Source: Nanobdellota archaeon
GTDB taxonomy: Archaea; Nanobdellota; Nanobdellia; Pacearchaeales; GW2011-AR1
DNA: 64,000 nt
Assembly: GCA_038045765.1 (NCBI GenBank)
Contig: JBBSXN010000003.1
Span: 6,497 to 70,496, forward strand
Reading direction: 5' to 3'
The notes beneath the pieces were generated by a model. It ran no database searches. It had not been told where the DNA came from and saw only the letters and a program-made list of their open reading frames with translations. Shown one piece after another: positions 60,140-64,000 of the stretch. How positions within the stretch are numbered: position 1 is the stretch's first letter; every line of letters begins with the position of its first letter. Position numbers and translations under genes: made by a program.

Positions 60140-61327
60140 ATGAATACTGGAAAGCAATTAGAGACAATAAATATTGGAATTGTAGGACATATAGATCATG
60201 GTAAGACTACTTTACTTCAGAAGTTGAGCGGTAAGTGGGCTTCTCAACACTCTCAGGAATTGAAAAGAGGAATTACTATTAAATTAGGTTATGCAGATAT
60301 AACTTTGTATAAAGATAAGAATGGATATAATACTAAATCTGGAGAACCTGTAAGGCATGTTAGTTTTGTTGATGCTCCTGGACATGAGATGCTTATGGCT
60401 ACTATGTTGTCAGGGGCAGCTATAATTGATGCAGCTATACTTGTTGTGGCTGCTAATGAAGGCATTAAACCGCAAACAAGGGAACATTTAATGGCATTAC
60501 AAGCTAAGCAAATTAAGAATTTGATAGTTGTTCAAAATAAGATTGATTTGGTTGATAAGAATCAGGCCTTGAAGAGCTATAAAGAAATAAAAGAATTGCT
60601 TAAAGGAAAATATGATAATGCAGAGATAATTCCGGTTTCTGCACAGCAGGAAGTTAATATCGATAAGATTTATGAAGCAATTGCTCAGATTAAAATTGAA
60701 GATAGAAAAGAAAATGATAAGCCCGTTTTTGTTGTTGCTAGAAGTTTTGATATAAATAAGCCTGGAACAAAACCTGAGAACTTGCATGGAACTGTTCTTG
60801 GAGGAACTTTAAAGAAAGGTAAATTAAAAGTTGGAGATGAAATTGAAATGAAGCCAGGAATTGCTATTAAGGAAGCTAATCAGATTAAATATAAAACTCT
60901 TAATGCTAAAGTTCTAAAATTATTTAGAGGTAGTGCTGAAGTTCAAGAATTGACTTCTGGTGGAAGTATGAGTTTAGAAACAAGTTTAGATATGTCTATT
61001 GGAAAGAATGATGCTTTAGCTGGAAATGTTTTATCTGTTAAAGATTATTTACCAGAACCTGCATTGCATTTGAAAGTTAAATACAATCTATTTCCAGAGG
61101 TTTTTGGTGTAAGTACTAATATGAAAGTTGAACCTTTGAAAGCTAGTGAGGCTTTACTCTTGAGTATAAATACAAGTATGACAATTGGAGTTATAAAGAG
61201 AATTCAGAAGAATGAAATTGAATTGACTTTGAAAATGCCCGTTGTTCTTTTCAAAGGAGATAATGTCGCTATATCCAGAAATTTAGCAGGGCACTGGAGA
61301 TTAATAGGTTGGGGAGAGGTTGTTTAG
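60140..61327 (+). CDS. eif2g: Translation initiation factor aIF2 gamma subunit
   Basis: NIGIVGHIDHGKTTL; ITIKLGYA; FVDAPGHE.LMATMLSGAA; VQNKIDL; ARSFDINKPGT; GHWRLIGWG. Confidence 0.95.
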   Translation: MNTGKQLETINIGIVGHIDHGKTTLLQKLSGKWASQHSQELKRGITIKLGYADITLYKDKNGYNTKSGEPVRHVSFVDAPGHEMLMATMLSGAAIIDAAILVVAANEGIKPQTREHLMALQAKQIKNLIVVQNKIDLVDKNQALKSYKEIKELLKGKYDNAEIIPVSAQQEVNIDKIYEAIAQIKIEDRKENDKPVFVVARSFDINKPGTKPENLHGTVLGGTLKKGKLKVGDEIEMKPGIAIKEANQIKYKTLNAKVLKLFRGSAEVQELTSGGSMSLETSLDMSIGKNDALAGNVLSVKDYLPEPALHLKVKYNLFPEVFGVSTNMKVEPLKASEALLLSINTSMTIGVIKRIQKNEIELTLKMPVVLFKGDNVAISRNLAGHWRLIGWGEVV

Positions 61328-61329
61328 TT

Positions 61330-61893
61330 TTACCAGCTTCTCTTATTTTCTTTAACTCTTTGTAAAATATCTTTAACTCTCTTATTTTGTGTTTCTGGTA
61401 ACTTTGCACTCATTAGATAGTATAATAGTGCCTTCTTGTAAGAAGGAGAGAAATTGTTGAAAGTTTCTTCTAGTTTTTTATCTTTATTTAATTCAATCTT
61501 TAATATTTCTGGAACTTCAGGGTTTTTTGGCCTACCGAAGTCATGTGGTTTCTTTTTTAGTCCTTCCTTGTATCTTTTTATGCCTAAAGTGTGCATTTTC
61601 TTTTCTTTTAACAGTTTTTTCGCATAGCTTAATGTGTTAGTGCTCCAGTTTGCTTTGTCTCCTCTTTTGATGAAAGTGCGCATATATTTTTCTTCATCCA
61701 ATTTATTTATTATTGTGTCAATCCAACCGAAGCAGAGAGCTTCTTCAATTCCTTCCCTATGAGACATTGAAGTCTTTCCAGTATGTTTCTTATGATGAAT
61801 AACCTGCACTTTCTTCTCTTCAAGATGATTCTTTTCAAGCCAGTTTCTAAAATCTTGTCTTGAATAAACTGTTATTTGGGGAATTTTATCCAT
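61330..61893 (-). CDS. YdeI/OmdA (DUF1801-related) family protein
   Basis: FRNWLEKNH; EEALCFGWIDT; ANWSTN; LPETQNKRVKDIL. Confidence 0.55.
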   Translation of the reverse strand: MDKIPQITVYSRQDFRNWLEKNHLEEKKVQVIHHKKHTGKTSMSHREGIEEALCFGWIDTIINKLDEEKYMRTFIKRGDKANWSTNTLSYAKKLLKEKKMHTLGIKRYKEGLKKKPHDFGRPKNPEVPEILKIELNKDKKLEETFNNFSPSYKKALLYYLMSAKLPETQNKRVKDILQRVKENKRSW

Positions 61894-61971
61894 GTTATAA
61901 TCAAGTTTATGGTATTTTTAATAGTTGGTTTTGACGATAAGTTTTATTAACTCATTTTTTTCATATTATTT

Positions 61972-62364
61972 ATGTCAATTGAGAAGAAAGTAGTAGGGGC
62001 TGCAATAATAAGCAGAGGAAGAATTCTTTTAGTTAATAACTCCAATTTTTTTATTCCTGTTGGAGGAAAGATTAAAGCTGGAGAAACAGATGAACAATGT
62101 CTCAGGAGGGAGGCGAGGGAAGAATTAAGTGGTACGGAACTAAAGAATCTTCGATTCTACAAAGATTTTAAGGCTATTACTCCTACTTCTAGAAAGCCTT
62201 TTATTTGTGCTATTTATCTGGCAGAGATAGATGGTTTGCTTGGAAATGCTTCTGCCGAGATATCCGGCTATGTCTGGATGCCCTATAGTAGTAGAGACAG
62301 TTATAGATTATCTGATGCGACTAGAGAAATGGTAGAATCTTTGCATGGAGATGACTTATTTTAG
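61972..62364 (+). CDS. Nudix hydrolase
   Basis: Nudix box GGKIKAGETDEQCLRREAREEL. TTTATTAA at 61943, 29 nt upstream. Confidence 0.75.
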   Translation: MSIEKKVVGAAIISRGRILLVNNSNFFIPVGGKIKAGETDEQCLRREAREELSGTELKNLRFYKDFKAITPTSRKPFICAIYLAEIDGLLGNASAEISGYVWMPYSSRDSYRLSDATREMVESLHGDDLF

Positions 62365-62378
62365 TTTGCGCAATAATA

Positions 62379-62386
62379 TTTATAAC
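62379..62386 (+). promoter_or_regulatory. TATA box TTTATAAC, 29 nt before ATG 62408
   Basis: Spacing rule; supports the start of the unlisted helicase gene. Confidence 0.55.
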
Positions 62387-62407
62387 GTACTTTAGCAAGG
62401 ATGTTTT

Positions 62408-64000
62408 ATGTCGAATGTTGATGCTATAAAAAGGGTGAAAGGTCCATGCGTTATTCTTGCTGGTGCGGGAACTGGGAAGACGCATACAATAGTTGAGAAG
62501 ATAAAATATTTAATTGAATCTGGGACAGCACCAGATAAGATTGTTTGTATTACTTTTTCAAATGAAGCGGCTAATAATGTTTTATTGAGGGTGGAAAAGT
62601 TGTTAGGAACTTTACATTTGAATGATGGTAAGAAACCAATAATAAAGACATTTCATAGTTTTTCTGCTGATTTGATTAGAAAGTACGGAGATAGAATTGA
62701 AATATCTAAAGAATTTAAGATATTAGATCCTGATCAGGCCAAAGTTATTTTACATAGAAATTTTAAGATTAATGCTGCAAATTGCCATAAATATATAGCA
62801 AGTATAGGGACTGCTAAAGACTTAGGTGTTAAACTAGAGGAGTTTCAGAATTTTCTTTCTGCAGGAATGAGAGAGTTTGAAGGAGTAGACTTGGAGAAAA
62901 GACTTGAGAATTTGAATTTTGAATTTCAAACTCTTCATCTTAAAAGTGAGCATAAGAAGAAAAAAGAAATTGTTGCAGATATAAAGAAGATAAAAACTAT
63001 TATTGAATTGAAGAAATTTGTGAATGCATGGAATGCCTATGAAAAGCTGAAGAAGAAAGGAAATTATCAGGATTATTCTGATTTGAATGTAAATTCATTG
63101 CATCTTTTGAGAGAGAATAGAGAAATCGGCATGGATTTTGATTATGTTATTGTTGATGAATTTCAAGATACAAATAAACTTCAATTGGATTTTCTTGTTG
63201 AATTGGCTGGAAATGGAAATATAACTGTTGTAGGTGACCCTAATCAGAGCATATATAGATTCCGGGGAGCATATAAGAATAACTTGAGTTTGTTTAAGCA
63301 AATCTTTAAAGTTGGTGAAAAAGATGTGTTTAATCTTGCACAGTCTTATAGGTCTCCGAATAAAGTGCTTAAAGCAGCACATAAGTTAATTTTGAATAAT
63401 TATGAGAATAAAGAGGAATGTTTCTTTGTCGAGAATGTTCATGGAAGAGAGGGAGATAATATTGAAGTTTATGAATTGAAAAATGCTAGGGAAGAAGCTA
63501 GAAAAATAGTTGAATTGGTAAAAAAAGAAGTTGAAAATGGCTCTTCTTTGGAAGATATATGTATTATGTTTAGGGCGCACCAACATGGAAGAATAATAAA
63601 GAAATATCTTGAAAGCGAGAAGATACCCTTTCATTCTGTTGCTAAGTCTTCATTGCTTAAGCAGAAATCAATAAAGACTGCAAGAGATTATTTGATTGTT
63701 TTGGATAAATTAAAGAAAAAAGAGAAGGGTGGAGAGGAAGCTTGGTGGGATTTAGCTTATCAGCTTAACTTTAATCAAGAAGATTTAATTAAAATTGGAA
63801 AAACTATAAAAGAATTTGCAAAAAAGAATGAAAAGAAAGATGAGGATAAAAAAGATAATAATGAAGAAAAAATAGAAGAAGTATTAAGTGTTTATTTATT
63901 TAATAAACTTGAAGAGATTGTTTCTGAGAAGGGAAGAATGGCTGCTAAGATTTTGATTGAGAAGATAAAATTAATGATTCCATTTATGGATAAGCCTATT
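62408..64000 (+). CDS. UvrD/PcrA/Rep-type superfamily-1 DNA helicase, N-terminal 531 codons (3' end outside window)
   Basis: Not in the ORF track because there is no stop before the window end. I translated the frame by hand and it is open throughout. ILAGAGTGKTHT (I), TFHSF (Ia), VIVDEFQDTN (II), VVGDPNQSIYRFRGA (III), LAQSYRSP (IV). Confidence 0.85.
   Translation, partial: MSNVDAIKRVKGPCVILAGAGTGKTHTIVEKIKYLIESGTAPDKIVCITFSNEAANNVLLRVEKLLGTLHLNDGKKPIIKTFHSFSADLIRKYGDRIEISKEFKILDPDQAKVILHRNFKINAANCHKYIASIGTAKDLGVKLEEFQNFLSAGMREFEGVDLEKRLENLNFEFQTLHLKSEHKKKKEIVADIKKIKTIIELKKFVNAWNAYEKLKKKGNYQDYSDLNVNSLHLLRENREIGMDFDYVIVDEFQDTNKLQLDFLVELAGNGNITVVGDPNQSIYRFRGAYKNNLSLFKQIFKVGEKDVFNLAQSYRSPNKVLKAAHKLILNNYENKEECFFVENVHGREGDNIEVYELKNAREEARKIVELVKKEVENGSSLEDICIMFRAHQHGRIIKKYLESEKIPFHSVAKSSLLKQKSIKTARDYLIVLDKLKKKEKGGEEAWWDLAYQLNFNQEDLIKIGKTIKEFAKKNEKKDEDKKDNNEEKIEEVLSVYLFNKLEEIVSEKGRMAAKILIEKIKLMIPFMDKPI

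Noticed and set aside
1-64000. CRISPR arrays, rRNA genes, IS elements, integrases and prophage blocks.
   Set aside because: Reading both strands, I found no regularly spaced direct repeats, no 16S/23S/5S-like conserved stretches, and no transposase (DDE), tyrosine/serine recombinase, capsid or terminase motifs. The only direct tandem repeat is the 30-bp duplication at 2419-2478.

Overview
This is an AT-rich, very compact 64-kb chromosomal segment of an archaeon; genes often abut or overlap by 1-16 nt. It carries archaeal information-processing genes (aIF2-gamma, aIF5B, uS10, eS6, an Fcf1-like PIN protein, TrmB-like and PC4-like proteins), many secreted or anchored surface proteins, and patchy metabolism. 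Together with the low GC this suggests a small-genome DPANN-type lineage, but that is inference only.

I call 2 tRNAs (Trp-CCA, Ser-GGA) and about 77 protein genes. One of them, a UvrD-like helicase at 62408-64000, is missing from the supplied ORF track because it runs off the window. I found no rRNA, no CRISPR array and no transposase or integrase. Housekeeping content:
- serS, cysS and grpE-dnaK
- a thymidylate block (dcd, thyA, a fused folA-glyA gene, tmk)
- purSL-purQ plus a purN-like gene, a pyrC-like gene, pyrD and dus
- a DEAD-box helicase and XPD/UvrD-type helicases
- three Nudix hydrolases and three DoxX proteins

Most noteworthy observations:
1. Two tandem, diverged PafA/Dop (Pup-ligase family) homologues sit in an archaeal context with no Pup or proteasome gene nearby.
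2. Short hairpin modules with compensatory substitutions recur in three divergent intergenic regions. Three GC-rich candidate ncRNAs, each bounded by a promoter-like box and a T-run, lie at 17.9, 33.3 and 46.4 kb.
3. A three-gene surface operon encodes an SD-led coiled-coil membrane protein, a lipobox lipoprotein and an FN3-like anchored protein.
4. A nearly invariant TATA box starts 29 nt upstream of start codons, implying leaderless mRNAs. In two cases one (near-)palindromic TATA is shared by divergent genes.
5. A small toxin-antitoxin/nuclease islet lies next to tRNA-Trp.

All functional calls come from motif recognition by eye; no database search or folding program was available.
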